The notes under the pieces are model-generated. The model searched no databases. It was not told the DNA's origin and worked only from the letters and a program-made list of their open reading frames with translations. 64,000 nucleotides of DNA, taken from Antedon mediterranea (lineage: Eukaryota; Animalia; Echinodermata). The stretch covers positions 62,001-126,000 of the forward strand of contig NC_092673.1 of NCBI RefSeq assembly GCF_964355755.1, written 5' to 3'. Shown piece by piece: positions 23,301 to 37,393 of the stretch (its first letter is position 1; the number at the start of each line of letters is the position of its first letter). The translations under genes and the position numbers were made by a program.

Positions 23301-25730
23301 AATAATGTAAAGCATTGTAAGAGTGCTGTGATCCAGAACAACTTCCTTTTCCAAATATACTGTACAGTATACATTTTTTAGACTTAGTAAATACAGATAT
23401 TGAATACATATCGTCTATGTTGCTGCTCTGGTTGTTGTTTGCTTCTATTAATCATTTATTTTTGATGTGTAAAAACTGCCGTTTGTACAATTGTGAAAGA
23501 CACACACATTCATTTTTTGATGTAGGTATAAGTTTGTAATTTTGTTTGTAATCATGATTTTCATACTACATATTGTCAAAGAATATATATCACAAGAATG
23601 AGTAATCCGCGATTTTCCCTGTAACAGTAATATTGTCCATGTGGTAGGGCGCCGCCATAAGTGTGGATGTATCTGGGATGTATACAACTTTTTGTGACGG
23701 TTTCAATAATCAAAGGCTAGACCACCGGTAGTATTTTCATGATAAAAAATGTTATCAACTACATGCCAACATCATGTTAAATACTATTTGGATATTAATT
23801 GTTCGTTTTATGCAATTTATTTAGTAAAAACTGCCGTATAAACAGTTTGCTTTATCAACCGGGCGCTACGATAGCGTGACCGGGCGTGTTGGTGTTTACG
23901 CGTTTTCACGAAGGATTGTTTAATAATATTCCTATATTTAACTTGTTTCTGGTAAAACAAATAAATGTTAATAACATTTAACATTTTGTCCTATTAATAA
24001 CATGTATTTTATACTAATTTATATCATAAAAACAATACTTAATTTACCGGGCGTAGAGTAGTACACGGCAATGGTAAAGAATAGGCCGTGCTGAGTAACG
24101 ATTCATTGATTTTTGGTGTTGCTGTGTTAGGCCTTTTTTGTGAACTAACTTAGCATGTTAGTAAATAATTGTCTGTAAAAGTGAATGTACACTAGTTTGT
24201 TAATAAATATGTATTATAAAATAGTTTACAATTGCAAAAACTATTATCATAATTCTATTTAATGTGACATGTATAATATCTATTAAATCAAGTCTTATTT
24301 AGTATGTATACATCCGCCCTTATGAGGGCGGGCATCACTCACTGGAGCTCTCTGTTACAAATTTCTCATGCAAAAATCGCGGAATACTCATTCTTGTGAT
24401 ATATATTCTTTGATATTGTGTAATTCTGAAAAGGGATAAAACAGAAGGCTTGACATTGGAATAATGATAAAATATACTGCATTGCTGTCCTGAAAGCTCT
24501 TAAAGATAAATGAATACAGCAAATTACATTTGTGTGAACAACTACAGTAAGTTCAGGGAAATGTAGCAAGATTGTTTACTGTTTAGTATTGTTTTCACAG
24601 ATGAATGTAGAAACTGATAAACATTCATTAAGAATGAAGCTTGAATCTAAAGATGAAGAAATAAAGAAACTCACTGAACAGTTATATCAAGTTATGAGGA
24701 TGAACACAAACTGGCAACGATACAATGATCAACGTGAGGTAAAAGATCAGGAAAGGGATCGAGAACGTGCAATAATGATACGGCAGCTAACGATGCATAA
24801 AGATCACATACAGATGTCTGAACGGAAAATTATGGATATGAAATCAAGCCAGGAGAATGTTTTAAAAACTGAGAATATTGAATTAAAAGCACAGTTGGAA
24901 CTTAAAGAAGCTGAAATTCAGAAACTTAAGGCAGAACTAAAGACTAATAATCAGTCAGAAGAAAGTATGACAATGATCGAATTCCTTCGACAACAAGTGA
25001 ATGTATATGTTGAGGATTTTAGAAAAGAACGGAAGGATCGTGAAGCTGTTCAAGAAAAGTATGAATCAACCAGATTAGAGTTATTGGAAGCTAAAAGAAC
25101 TATTGACAAACTTACAGTAAGTCACTCACATTCATGATTCTACTGTACGGCCCTTTCAAACATTCTTCCAGCTTATTGCACTTGAGTAGTTGCTACTCTA
25201 GCTTGAAAAGGCTCCTCTTTAATTCAAGACTCTCCTCTGTCAGCTCAGAGTTCTAATCTTTGACACAAATTCTAGATGATATAGCTTTTGTTACCATCTC
25301 TTCCTTATATAGACCTTATTATCCTGTAACCATGTTGTTTGTTGTTATTACAGTTATTAAACAAACAAGATGAAACATCATATCCATATAGAAACTGGGA
25401 AACTACAGCAGCAAGAGTAAGTACATTTTTATTCCAAAAAATGGAAACTAATTATTGTAAACGGCTCCAAATATTAATAATAATTTTGTTTTGTCCTCCT
25501 AATAGTCTTTTGAAGCTGGAATGAGGTCAAGAGGTATTGATCATCAAGGACGCTTGCAATACAATGGGTCAGGGCTGTCTGATGATGTGGAAATCGACGC
25601 CGCTAAAACTGATGATGAAATGGACAGTTTTAACAAAGATGATCTTCAATGCCCAGCATGTTTTAAAAGTTTTTCTTTTAATAATCATCATTTACTCGTA
25701 GAACACTTAGATACATGTGGTTTAAAATAA
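20359..25730 (+). CDS. TNIP2: TNFAIP3-interacting protein 2 (ABIN-2)-like: coiled coil, UBAN, C-terminal CCHC zinc finger
   Basis: Phase-0 exons 20359-20502, 24601-25116, 25354-25417, 25506-25730; NTNWQRYNDQRE, LRQQVNVYVEDFRKERKDRE, DLQCPACF...LVEHLDTC. Confidence 0.75.
20881..22125 (+). mobile_element. Non-autonomous Helitron in a TNIP2-like intron
   Basis: A|TC start, terminal palindrome ctagatggta..taccatctag, CTAG|T end; second copy at 46426-47736. Confidence 0.88.
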
Positions 25731-28700
25731 TTGTAATTAATAATAGCCCTGTATATACAGTATATTTTGTGCCTGTGATTTTAATACAGTATATATAATA
25801 TATACATTAATATCAGTGGTCTAATGGTTAGCATATTGAGCAGAAGGTTCCTGGTTGAACCTCTTCATTCTCACAGATTTCCTCATCTCTTTATTCAAAT
25901 GATGGAATTTAAATATGTTTAATTCATTTCTGGGGCACAACTGATTGATGATGAAATTCAGATTAATTCCTTTTTCTCAATTCAATATAATTACCACATG
26001 TTCTACCTACTACTACCAAATACCCCACTGTAAGAGATCACAAGCAATTGACTTGACTCAAGTTCCTGTGACTACCAACCTGACAAATTTGCTTTAACTT
26101 CAGTAAGAAATGTATATACAATTGTTCCCTGCAGATTTTACAAAGAAACTTCCTTGTGATCTCTAAAATGAAATAAATGCATGACAAAATTTTCCAAATA
26201 TTTTCATATTGTTCAGTTCATATTTATATAATATGGAATGTCTTCATATCAGTTTATTTGACAACCTTTAAAGGGCCACAGTATTACAAACAATTTATAT
26301 CAATGAATATATAATATACTGATAATCAATTTAAATATAAAAATAATTATTTTTCTTTGCTACAATTTTTTTTACGACATGAATTATTTTGTTTATAAGA
26401 ACGTAATAAGGATCATTGACACAATAACCAGAAATATCAATGAAAAATGATTAAATGACTTGAACTACGCTTTACTGTCGTCATTAATGCTTTAACATAA
26501 ATATGTAGGTTTCGTCGTGACAAGACAAAATATGTCCAAATAAACTACTGACCAATCAGAAATAACGTTCTATATCATCACTGGGAAGCTTGCCACTGAC
26601 GGCAAAATAAAAATGTGTGTTTTTTGTTGCTTTTTAATAGCATCAAGAGTTATAATGACCAAATTGAACTATATTTAATATATATCAGTATATATTAATA
26701 TATGCCTACTATATAATTACTGTAAATGTCATGACTACCAAAATAATAAACAGTAATTATAATAACAGTATAATAATTTACAAAAGAAAAGTAAGCTATC
26801 AATCAATCCTTATATACTTTTTGAACAGCGATGTGAATATTGCAATATAGTTTTAGGATCAAAACAAGATTATAATGAATTAATGCAAATGCAAATTACT
26901 GGTACAAGCATTCAAACGTGATCAATTACTACCTAAAGCAACACGGTACTTCATTAATATTTCATGGATGCTTGGATGGATAAAAGATTAATTAAGAAAA
27001 AACAGTTCACACTTTATGAAAACGATTTAACATATATGTAACCATAGAGATATTATAGTTCACTATAATATCTCTATGATGTAACATAATGAAACTATCT
27101 GGAACATGATTTAAACAAATTAATTTGAAGAAAAACAGTAATGGGTATGGGTATATGTGATATAGGCCTATAGAGTTTTTATTATGTTTTAAAATATTTT
27201 ATATTGTTTTAAATATTTTAATCCATTCTAGTGGCGGGTTTGAATGTGACGGAAAATAAATAAATAAGTACAGTGGCGTATCCAGTAGGGGGCCGGGGGC
27301 CGGGGGCCGGCCCCCCCCCCCCCTGATTTCGTTTCCGTCGGCACATCATCGCGGCCGTCGGCAAACAAAGGTGCCGGGGAAAAAAATAAACTATTTATTC
27401 TGACAATAATTGAACTGTAAACATAATTCTTTTGAGTGTTTGTTTATTTACATATCATATCATCATTGATCCCTTCAGATCAACTATTTTTTATTTTCAT
27501 TACATCTAACGAAACACGTAAAAAATGTGTAGCACGTACGTACGGCCGTACGCGGTAGATTGTTTACTCAAAAGTCTTTGACCTTACCCTAAAACCTTGT
27601 TTTTGCATGCAGTTGAGCCTCTCATGACCTGGGATTTGTATGTCTTCCTACGCTAAGAGATTATAGTTCCACATGCCATGTGCTTTTTTGTCTAAGATAT
27701 ATTTATTATAAGTGCAAAAAAAACGGGTTTTTTTCTCGATATGAGGCCTTTATTATTCAAAATTTTTAAAGAAAAAGCACATTATACCATAAAAAATATC
27801 CATGTATTTCATTTTTGGAACTGAATATTCCGTGAGGCTCAACTACAAAACCACCATTTTGTGATATGATGTCATCGTAAGCCAATCAAAGCTGAGCTTT
27901 CTCGCGATTGGCATTGCTCACGGTTGAATGATTTAGGATTCCAGCTGATTTGATTGGTGGATGCGAATCACCCGCAGCGGAATGTTTTCTCTCGCGCGTG
28001 TACCATGAATCTCTCTGATCGTTACTACACAAAGTTAGAGCAATGAATTTGTCCGAATTTCGTTAAGTAAACAACTTTATATATTTTATAAGCATTTAAT
28101 AACATGTTTTATTGATATTTCCAATGGTGATATCAACTCAACTCAACTCAACGTAAACATTTATTTTCTTTCTTTCATTCAATAATAAAACAAATGAATA
28201 AGTTATTAAAAAAAGTAAGTACGAGTTACAAATAATACATTTCATTAATATAATATATATAAACACGACAGGCAAAGAACATTAGTTCTAAACCGCCCGG
28301 TGATATACTGAAATTTTAATTAATTAATTTGAAACGATAAAGATGAGGAAATATAATATAAATATATAGCCTATATAGACTATTTTTAGTTACACACATA
28401 TATAAATATACATATTTATATATATAAACAAATCAGGCAAAGAACATTAACATTAATTTAATTATTTTATTTATTTGTATATATATGCATATATGTACAC
28501 ACACACCTATATATATGTATATATACATATATACATACATACATACACACAAACTCATCAGACAATAAACATTAATTCTAAACAGCCCGGCGATATACTG
28601 AATTATTAATTAATTAATTTGAAACGATAAAGATGAGGAAATATAATATAAATATAAAGCCTATATAAACTATTTTCAGTTACATATATATATATATAAA

Positions 28701-28764
28701 TATACAATATTTATATATAAACAAATCAGGCAAAGAATATATAAATATATATATACAAATATAT

Positions 28765-28901
28765 ATAAATCCAAAGGCAAATAACTGAAAAAAAAATGAC
28801 AATGCTGTGGGTATCAGTGGCTGGATCTCAATGGAGATACAAAAAAAGCGAAAAACTAAATCAAAACGATAAAGTAAACAGCCAGAAAAGTTAGCAGAGC
28901 T
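28765..28901 (-). mobile_element. Short 3'-terminal copy of the same Penelope family in a (TA)/(CA) microsatellite
   Basis: Reverse complement matches 3245-3366 joined to 9597-9620. Confidence 0.88.
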
Positions 28902-28929
28902 ATATACATACACACACACATACATATAT

Positions 28930-30715
28930 ACAAATCAATTGTGTTGCATAGCACTGTGTAAATATATATAAATAAATAAATAATTTTATTTTTTTAATAT
29001 ATTGATAACATCAAATAATACCTTATATAAAAAGAACTGCAACATGTGGAAAAAAAGATGGCAATCCACGAAAGGCAAGCCTGTGATGTGGAAGCCCACA
29101 CAATGAAGAAATAAATAAGTTAGACAGAACAACAAACACACAGGTACAGAACAAACTTACAGGACGCGAATCACAACACAAACAGACATCAACAAACAGA
29201 ACATGCACAGACACACCCGAAAACACATCACCAGGGGAAAACATTAATATTTAGAAATGAGGAAAGATTTGAATGTTTTATTAAATAAAAATTTAGTAGC
29301 CGAATTTTTAATTTGAAAAGGAATTTTATTCCAATTCATGGGACCAGTATATCTGATTGAATGTTTAAAGGCAGTGAGTCTTGGTTTTGGCAAATGTAGG
29401 TCTTGTGAAATACGAGTATTATAATTATGAACTTCGTGATTAAATTTGAAAAGATGAGATGAAGGAGATTCTGGCAAGTGTGGGTCCAATGTCAACAAAA
29501 AAGCCATTGAAGCTATTAGCAATAATCTTTGGATCGCTAGTTAAGGTACCATTACAATTAATACGTTTTACATTGTTGCTTTTGCTGGGAGTAGTTTGAA
29601 GTACATTTCTAATTGTAGACCAAGTTTTTTTAATATTGTGTTGATGTTTGGTGAAGAGCTTAAGAAAGTAATCAGATTTTGAAGAGCGAATTATAGTAAT
29701 GAGCAAATTACGATATCGTTTAAACATCGTTTCATTCTTAGACGTTGGGTTTTTAAAAAATCTGGAATAAAGTTTTTGCTTGTGCTTAATCGATTTAAGA
29801 ATGCTACTTGTAACCCAGGGCTGGATATTTACATTCTTTTTTAATTTGGACTTAAAAGGAAAACAGGTATATAAATGTCGTTTAAAGATGTTTCAAATAA
29901 GTTGTAAGCTGAATTTGGATCATTATTGGAAATAACATGATCCCATGACGTTAAATAAAGTTTTAATTTAAATTTGTTAATATTTTCGGGACTGAAATTT
30001 CTAGAGGGTGGAAGTTCATGATTATTATATTGTTTATCAATTGGAGTGTAAACAATATTAAACACAGGAAGATGATCGGTAGCATCGCAGAAGAAAGCTC
30101 CACTTAGATTTTCATATCGAAATTCGTTTGTATGAATATGATCTAAGAGGGTTGCCGTTGTATCGGTCATTCTAGTAGGTCTGTGAATAAGAGGTAGAAA
30201 TGAGTTGCTAAAAAGAGAATTCATAAACATATTAACACGATTATCATACTGGTATTGGATTAAATCGATATTAAAGTCTCCGAGTAAGTAAACAGATTTC
30301 TTTTCACCATTTAATTTAATTAATATATCATCAAACAAATCAGAAAAATAATTAAAATCAAGACTACCAGCTCTATAAATACAACCGATAATAATATTAG
30401 ATTGTGAGGATTGTTCAATTTCGATAAAGATAGAGTCACAAACAGATTCAGGCATGCTGACATCATGTCGAACTTTAAATGAAAGATGTTCGTGGACATA
30501 TATACCAACACCACCGCCGCGCTTAAGTTCTCTGTTTTTAGAAACAAAAGCGTAATTTGGAATTTGAACAACTGGATTATCAGTGTCAAGCCATGTTTCA
30601 CTACTTGCAATGATATCAAAAGTAAAATTAATGGATTTAAGAAACGTACATATAGAATCAATGTTACGTTGTAAGCTTCTAGAGTTAAAGTGTATCATTG
30701 ATAGACAATTGTATC
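28930..30715 (-). mobile_element. CR1/L2-group LINE remnant: APE endonuclease + linker + ORF2 C-terminus, RT domain deleted
   Basis: HFNSRSL, SETWL, GGGVGIYV, LLGDFNIDL, PTR, LLDHI, TDHLPVF (29841-30698); IANSFNGFFVDIGPTLA joins directly to HNYNTR...GPMNWN. Confidence 0.88.
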
Positions 30716-31151
30716 ATTGATATATAAAATAAATTACTAAAAAACGTAATTATATGTAATTATTTTAACCAAAAATGGCGTAGTTAATAGAATTGTCGAC
30801 TGAGGCCGCAAATTGTTTTACTTCTTTCGTGGCTAAAAACGATCATTTTCGGCGATGTTTTAGACCCTATATTTCGAAAACTACAAATCAGATTTTCCTA
30901 ATTCTTTCTTTATTGTAATATGAATACATTAACATACTAACAGATAATGTTGGTTTGGTTTTAATTTTGCATCGTTATCCCATATAAGACAATATGACTA
31001 TGTAATCCTAGAACATATATTGATCAGAGACGTCGTGTATGTACAGATAATGACACCAATTTTTCTCGGCAAATTGGCAATTCCCGCCCCCCCCCCCCCC
31101 ACCCCCCCCCCCCCCCCCCTTCCCAACTTCAAAATCCTGGATACAACACTG

Positions 31152-31322
31152 AATAAGTACTATATACAGTGGAGCTCACAACGTACACATTCGTATTCGC
31201 CCGTGCGATTTCTTTTCTGACACATAATATCCGCTTGTAGGCCCCTCTGAACTCCGGTATACGCCACCTACACAATATGTTTACCGCTGTTGAATGTGAC
31301 GGAAAATAAATAAATAATACGA
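31152..31322 (-). repeat. Tandem duplicate (~170 bp) of the GPCR TM7/C-tail and stop, interrupted by the hAT element
   Basis: cagtggagctcacaacgtacacattcgt...tatacgccacc at ~31167 and ~31331; remainder tgaatgtgacggaaaataaataaataa at 27241-27267. Confidence 0.85.
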
Positions 31323-32261
31323 CTATAATACAGTGGAGCTCACAACGTACACATTCGTGTTCGTCCGTGCGATTTCTTTTCTGACGCATAATATCCGCTT
31401 GTAGGCCCCTCCGAACTCCGGTATACGCCACCAATACACAAATATATTCACCGCCGAATTCAGTGGAATAAACACTGTTGCTATTAGAAATGCGTCGTTT
31501 ACTGTTTTTGACGGGTTAATCGTCACAAAAATATCAACTAACCAAAATGGGATACAACACACTACTAGGATTCCAACTAATAGAGCGAATGTAGTGATCA
31601 TTTTGATATCCTGTTTTGTCTTCTTTTTAAGAGATATGCTAGAAAAACGTTGAATTTTTGCTGAATGACATTTAACAGACACAAATATTACCAAGTATAG
31701 AACTACATCTATAAATATAATGCATAAATTCAATATTGTCACCGTTAACCGAGAGCCTTTATAGTAATTGAGGAATATGTACATTCCCCCAAATACGGCC
31801 CAGTCTAAAAATATTGCGATTGATAAGGTGGTTTTTGTAACGTATATGCGATGGTGAAATGGTGCAATTATGGCGAAACATCGTTCAATGGCAATCATTA
31901 AAATTGCCAGTAATGTTGATACTAAAAGACCCGTGTAAGTTAGTGAACAAAATGTTAACAAAAACACGTTAATATCACTGTAGTTTGATGTATAAATAAT
32001 CAAGTAGAGTGTTGCGACTGTGAAACCCATAACAGTATCTTGAACTCCTAGGTTCATTATCAGGTAATTGCTACGTTTCTTTCGGATCTTCTTCGTAGTT
32101 AAGGCAACAATTAGAGTAAATGCACTCCCTAAGAAAGCAACAATTCCAAGTATGATTATCAGCAAATATAAACCATCAAAAAAATAATTCGTGTTCTCCT
32201 CCCAACTCCAGTATGAGTACGACACGGAGTTATAAGACTGATATTGACTTGAATCATTCAT
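31323..32261 (-). CDS. Rhodopsin-class GPCR (orphan, adenosine/melanocortin-like), single coding exon
   Basis: Seven hydrophobic segments, IAIERCFAI (DRY-like), CCIPFW, LNSAVNIFVYWWR..EF; acceptor at ~32293 upstream of the ATG. Confidence 0.9.
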   Translation of the reverse strand: MNDSSQYQSYNSVSYSYWSWEENTNYFFDGLYLLIIILGIVAFLGSAFTLIVALTTKKIRKKRSNYLIMNLGVQDTVMGFTVATLYLIIYTSNYSDINVFLLTFCSLTYTGLLVSTLLAILMIAIERCFAIIAPFHHRIYVTKTTLSIAIFLDWAVFGGMYIFLNYYKGSRLTVTILNLCIIFIDVVLYLVIFVSVKCHSAKIQRFSSISLKKKTKQDIKMITTFALLVGILVVCCIPFWLVDIFVTINPSKTVNDAFLIATVFIPLNSAVNIFVYWWRIPEFGGAYKRILCVRKEIARTNTNVYVVSSTVL

Positions 32262-33034
32262 GATCTATCGGTAAAGTACAAGATAAGCTCTTCTGAAAGA
32301 AACACAACAAGTGTAAATTTGAAACATAATTATAATTACCTGGTTTGATCACAATATCAATCCAAGATTCCAATTATTTGTCTTAATTAACAATAATAAA
32401 GCTTAGTTCTATCGTATGTCTTCAGAGCTGTGGCTAATGCCACAATTTAAGTGGGAGAAAGTATAAGACATCATATATATCATTGTTGAATACACAGTTT
32501 TGCTATTGCACGCATCCACATATCAAAATTACCGGAATTAAACTAGTATTAAAACTACATTTAGAAAACCGCCCATGGCGCGGGTATCATTCCTTTTAAA
32601 TCACCGCCATACTTAACTTTGTTACCCTATAATGTCCACGGAGCTGGTCTAAAGACCATTTTGCATACTGTGTGCCTAAAGTTGACTACTATACGTTATA
32701 GGCCTACGAATTACCTTGCTTTAAAAATATTTGTTGATAATATGCACACCTATCGTTCAACGCGACTTATAACTGTGTTTCGTTGTTTTGTCGAAGCTGG
32801 TTAATCAGGATTGATTGTTGCTGGTTGATCGTCACTCACGTAGCACCGTACGTTTTTCAACAATGCATCATTTATAGACAAATAACGTAATTTAATATTT
32901 TATTGATGGTAGTTCGCATCGTTTATCAGCTTTATAACGAATCTCATGGAATAAGCTTTCAGAACCATATCCGAATGTTAACTAAAACAAATTTATTGTC
33001 GAATTCACAGAATCAATTTATAGAGAGCCACCTG

Positions 33035-34646
33035 CAGTGGTGGCGCCAGGATTTCCCCGACGGGGGGGGCCGAATTCCCCGACAGGGGGGCCGAATTCCC
33101 CCACGGGGGGCCGTACGCGCGAAAGCGGGGGTGGGTTTGGGAGGGGGTATACCCCCTCCCGAGCCTCAGAAAATTTTGAAAAAATAGATGCTTACACACT
33201 GTTTAATGGGCTAGAGCAACTGTTTCCATTTACATTTAATAACAATGTCACATAATAATGTAAATTTAAATAAATCTTTCCTAAATACTCTAATAATACG
33301 GATCTTTTTCGACGAACTAATAATAAACTTTGATCCAAAAATGCCTCGATAGTGCATGTGTTTAGTGTACGACTGTGCTTTGGTGGTCTGTTAACCTCAG
33401 ATATATACCCTATAGCCGGGTGAATAACTCAATGTAATTTAGTACCGTATACAATGATGATTGCCGTAATCGCCGTGTCTATAACACAAATCAATAAAAT
33501 GCCGTTTTTTCGGCCGTGTACATAGAACAAGACATTTCATGTTTATGTTATGCCTATGAAATAATAATAAAAGAACATCATGTTTATCGTTTTTTTTTAT
33601 CGTTTATACTGCATATCATTATATAAAAAACCTTCATACGCGAGAAAAAAGTTCACGATATTACACTCTACTCTGTACAGGGGTGTAAATATACAGGTCC
33701 ACGCTAACGCTTGCACACGGACCAGGGCGGAAAATGGTGTATTTTTGGAGAGTGATGACGTCAGCATTCACACGAGGAGCGAGCTAAGATAACGTAATGC
33801 TGGTAGTGGGAGTGCATGTGTTTTGAAAATAACTCAGTTGTGGGTATTTTCCGAAGATTTTAAATTGCGTTTTCTTTTTAAACTCTTGAATTCATAAATA
33901 GTTCTTTCACTATGTAGGCCTATTTACACAACTATAGCTCTAGCCTACTCTTCTTAATTAAAAGAGTCAAGTGCGCCGAATTCGCGTCTAGCGACGGTCA
34001 CGGGTTTGTTGCATCTTTTTTTTCCCTTTAGAAGTAAGCCACTCTATTCACCCACCTACCCTAGATCGAGATTTATGCGCGAAAAGAAACGTGACCAGAC
34101 CCTGTTTTATGGTTCGGGCCAACCGCTTCCTTTTCCCAATCGAACCCCCACCCAAACCCCTTTAATCGACAGCGAACATATACGCAAGGGTTATTGGTAA
34201 ATTGAAACAATTCGTAAACTCAACCGTGAGAACATAACTCGTACCTTTATCCCTGTATGAACGTACGTCGATGCGTAGTTGCAAATGAATTTTCGATTTT
34301 CGCCTGGAATCTGAAAAATACATATTTTGGTCCCTGGATGTAATATGATACAGCCCAGATATGTCGACGCGTATACCGCGGTGAGTGAAAGATTCGTACA
34401 AACAGACACCGCCAGACAAATGCGTACCACATATTGTTTACTTCGCTGTCAGTATATCGTACGTACAGTACGTCAAAAATGGAATGCCGCAGTTACTTAA
34501 AATATATAGTAGTACACTTAATATGGTTTTATTTTTTACCAGAAAAGAAATGATCATATTTTTCTCCCCGACAAATATGGCCAATACTCCCCGACGAGGG
34601 GGCCAGCTTTCCCCGGCCCCCCGGCCCCCCGCTGGCGCCACCACTG
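33035..34646. mobile_element. hAT-type MITE
   Basis: Perfect 15-bp TIR cagtggtggcgccag; 8-bp TSD gccacctg (33027-33034, 34647-34654). Confidence 0.92.
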
Positions 34647-36055
34647 GCCACCTGTGAAGTGATGCATTACGGCATGGATTAAAGAATAGAAGGATATGCA
34701 TCGACGTGAGATCAAGGGTTCCTTGACTCTCGCCGACAGAGCGCGGACCGCCCACAATGTTACAGTTTAATTAACCGCATGGTAACAACGAAACGGTCGC
34801 GTGCCTAATATATTGTTTACTGCACATGTGCAACGACATTTAACCTTGTTGGCCTCTGCCTCACGCCACTGCTGAGTATAATGTTTATTGAAAACAGTAA
34901 TTAAATTACATTGTACGTTATTGCGAAGACCCTAGTGTAGGCTTACTTCATCAATATACCAGATAAAATACTATATTGTTATTGGCTTAGAATTGTAGAT
35001 GTAATTGTAATTAGTATAGGTTTCTGCCGCGATTGATCTACGCTATTAATGTTTTTATGACATTAAAGTAGCATTTTATGACCTGCAGTAGCCCTACATC
35101 TGACTGAATAACTATTTGTTGTCTCAGCCTACATGTAAAATTACAAAATCAGCAAGGATACTAGGCCTAGGCTTACTAGTAAACCATATGATTTGCCGAC
35201 GTTGATACTGCCTAGGTAGGCCTAGGCTAATCTTAAGTGTAGTAGATACAACGTGTAATCATGATCTATATACTCACCGTTGTCTTACTTCTTATGTGAA
35301 TAATAATAGGTACTTCGTTTGTTCGTGATTAAGTTTGCCCTGCGTGTACTTTTCAAAACGACCGCTAGGTAACGAATCGCAACTATATAGCCAGCCAATC
35401 CCGGATCAGGGATCGCTGTTTTCATTCAATTAGGCCCGGTGATTGGATGTGATGTGGATGACATAACCACTAGCCAATCACCAGGCACTAAAATTTAAAT
35501 ATAATTACATCGATAATTAAGGAGATTTATGAAGAAACCACTGCTTAGCCATATTAAAAACACGATTGTTCTATGTGTGGACACCGGACACGCTAGCAAC
35601 ATACATGGTCAAATGCATAATTTAATATTCTATAGATTAACGCAATTTTTAATGACAGAAGATGGCAGGCAAATAATGATAATTCAAATATAAAAATTGC
35701 ATATTTTATTAATATTACCAACTACTTAAAATTACCAGTCGTAAGAAAGTGAACTTTTCGTAGTCCGATTGTTATGAAACTAAAACAGAATTTTTCAGCA
35801 ATACATTTTTGTTGTCAATTAATCATCGACGGCGACATCATTACAATTACAATTATAGCATCAACAATTCCTCATCAGAAAGGTTATAACTAAATTCGTC
35901 GTCGTATAAATTGTTCGTCGCCATTGTTACTAGAGCTAAAACATCATGCCACCAAAGAACGCGCGAAAGAAGCGTAGCCAACAAGGTTAAATATCGTTGC
36001 ACATGTGCAGTAAACAATATATTAGGCACGCGACTGTTTCGTTGTTACCGTGCGC

Positions 36056-37393
36056 GTGTTTTTTTTTTCCAGGACGAACGTGGGCAGAAGTCATGAATAA
36101 TTCATTATCTTAATTATTTTCTATTATAAAGAATTGAAGGATAGCTGATCTGCTTCCTAAATATACTAAACCTAACCCTCTAAATAATCTCTCTCAACTA
36201 TTAAAAAAAAAGGGCTTCAGCGTAATAGGTTAGCCTTTACCACTAGACCAAACATTTCGGTTTGCAAACGTTGTTTACACTAATTATTTAATCTCTCTGC
36301 ATTCTTATACAGCGCCCTCTATAATGTTCCCTATTATGTAATAATTAATCATGAATTATTCATGAGTTCTGCCCACGTTCGTCCTGGAAAAAACAAGGCC
36401 AACAGCCATTAAGTCGCGTGCTACAATGCATAGTGATACCGGACCGACAGACAGACCGACAGACAGACCGACCGACATAGTGAACTATAGAGTCGCGTCC
36501 ACGCGACTAAAAAGGCATAATTTTGACGACTTTTTGAACTTTTTCATCAACAAGGCCAACAGCCATTAAGTCGCGTGCTACAATGCATAGTGATACCGGA
36601 CCGACAGACAAACAGACCGACAGACAGACAGACCAACAGACAGACGGACCGACCGACATAGTGAACTATACTGACCGAAATTACTGAACATGTTTAAAAA
36701 TGTTGAAATGTTTAAAAACATTTATATTTTTTAAATTTACACGTGCGTAGCCTGTCACTTTTGACGTGCTCGTATAACGTAATTTCGAGTTGAAAAGTAA
36801 GTCAAGAAAACAGAAATCGGGCAAGAAGAGTGCGCAATAACATTTAACGCGCAAAAATCTGCGCACTCATGGCAATTTTGTAAACGCTTAAAATTTCCTG
36901 AAACGTACTCTTATTTCATCGAAAATAAATTTTGAAAATTTTAAGCGCGCTTACGCATGCGTTACATGCGCTACGCACGTAATTGTATTGCCATATGATG
37001 ATTTATGCCCTGAAATTTATGAGTACCAAATTTTATTCAATTGTGATTCATGGTTGTTAAGATATGATTACAAACGTGATTTCGTTAAATCGTGCGTAGA
37101 CCGCGTAATTTTTTATTGCGCACCGTGAAAACATAACCACATCGATTCCTGGCCATAAGGAATATTCTGTGAAAAATTGACTTAGCTAGATTAAACTGAT
37201 ATCAAGATAAGGTCATAAAGCGATAAAACGCATAGTGATACCGGACCGACAGACAGACAGACAGACAGACCGACAGACAGACCGACAGACAGACCGACAG
37301 ACAGACCGACAGACAGACCGACAGACAGACAGACAGACCGACCGACCGACATAGTGAACTATAGAGTCGCTTCCACGCGACTAAAAATTACGC
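36056..37393. mobile_element. TIR MITE with HINEs nested in its terminal A run
   Basis: TIR ttttttccaggacgaacgtgggcagaa / ttctgcccacgttcgtcctggaaaaaa; ttaccgtgcg duplicated at 36046-36055 and 37394-37403. Confidence 0.72.
36392..37386 (-). mobile_element. Cluster of three short DINE-1-like HINEs with (GTCY)n, plus a family B fragment (~36720-37210)
   Basis: Minus strand: 5' hairpin agtcgcgt..acgcgact, (GTCT/GTCG)n, 3' subTIR acgcgact + ggctgttggcc hairpin; fragment matches 6800-7330 inverted. Confidence 0.78.

Larger units (their letters stand above)
27271..31151. mobile_element. hAT-type non-autonomous element carrying LINE and PLE fragments
   Basis: TIR cagtggcgtatccag / ctggatacaacactg; 8-bp TSD aataagta at 27263-27270 and 31152-31159. 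Confidence 0.85.
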
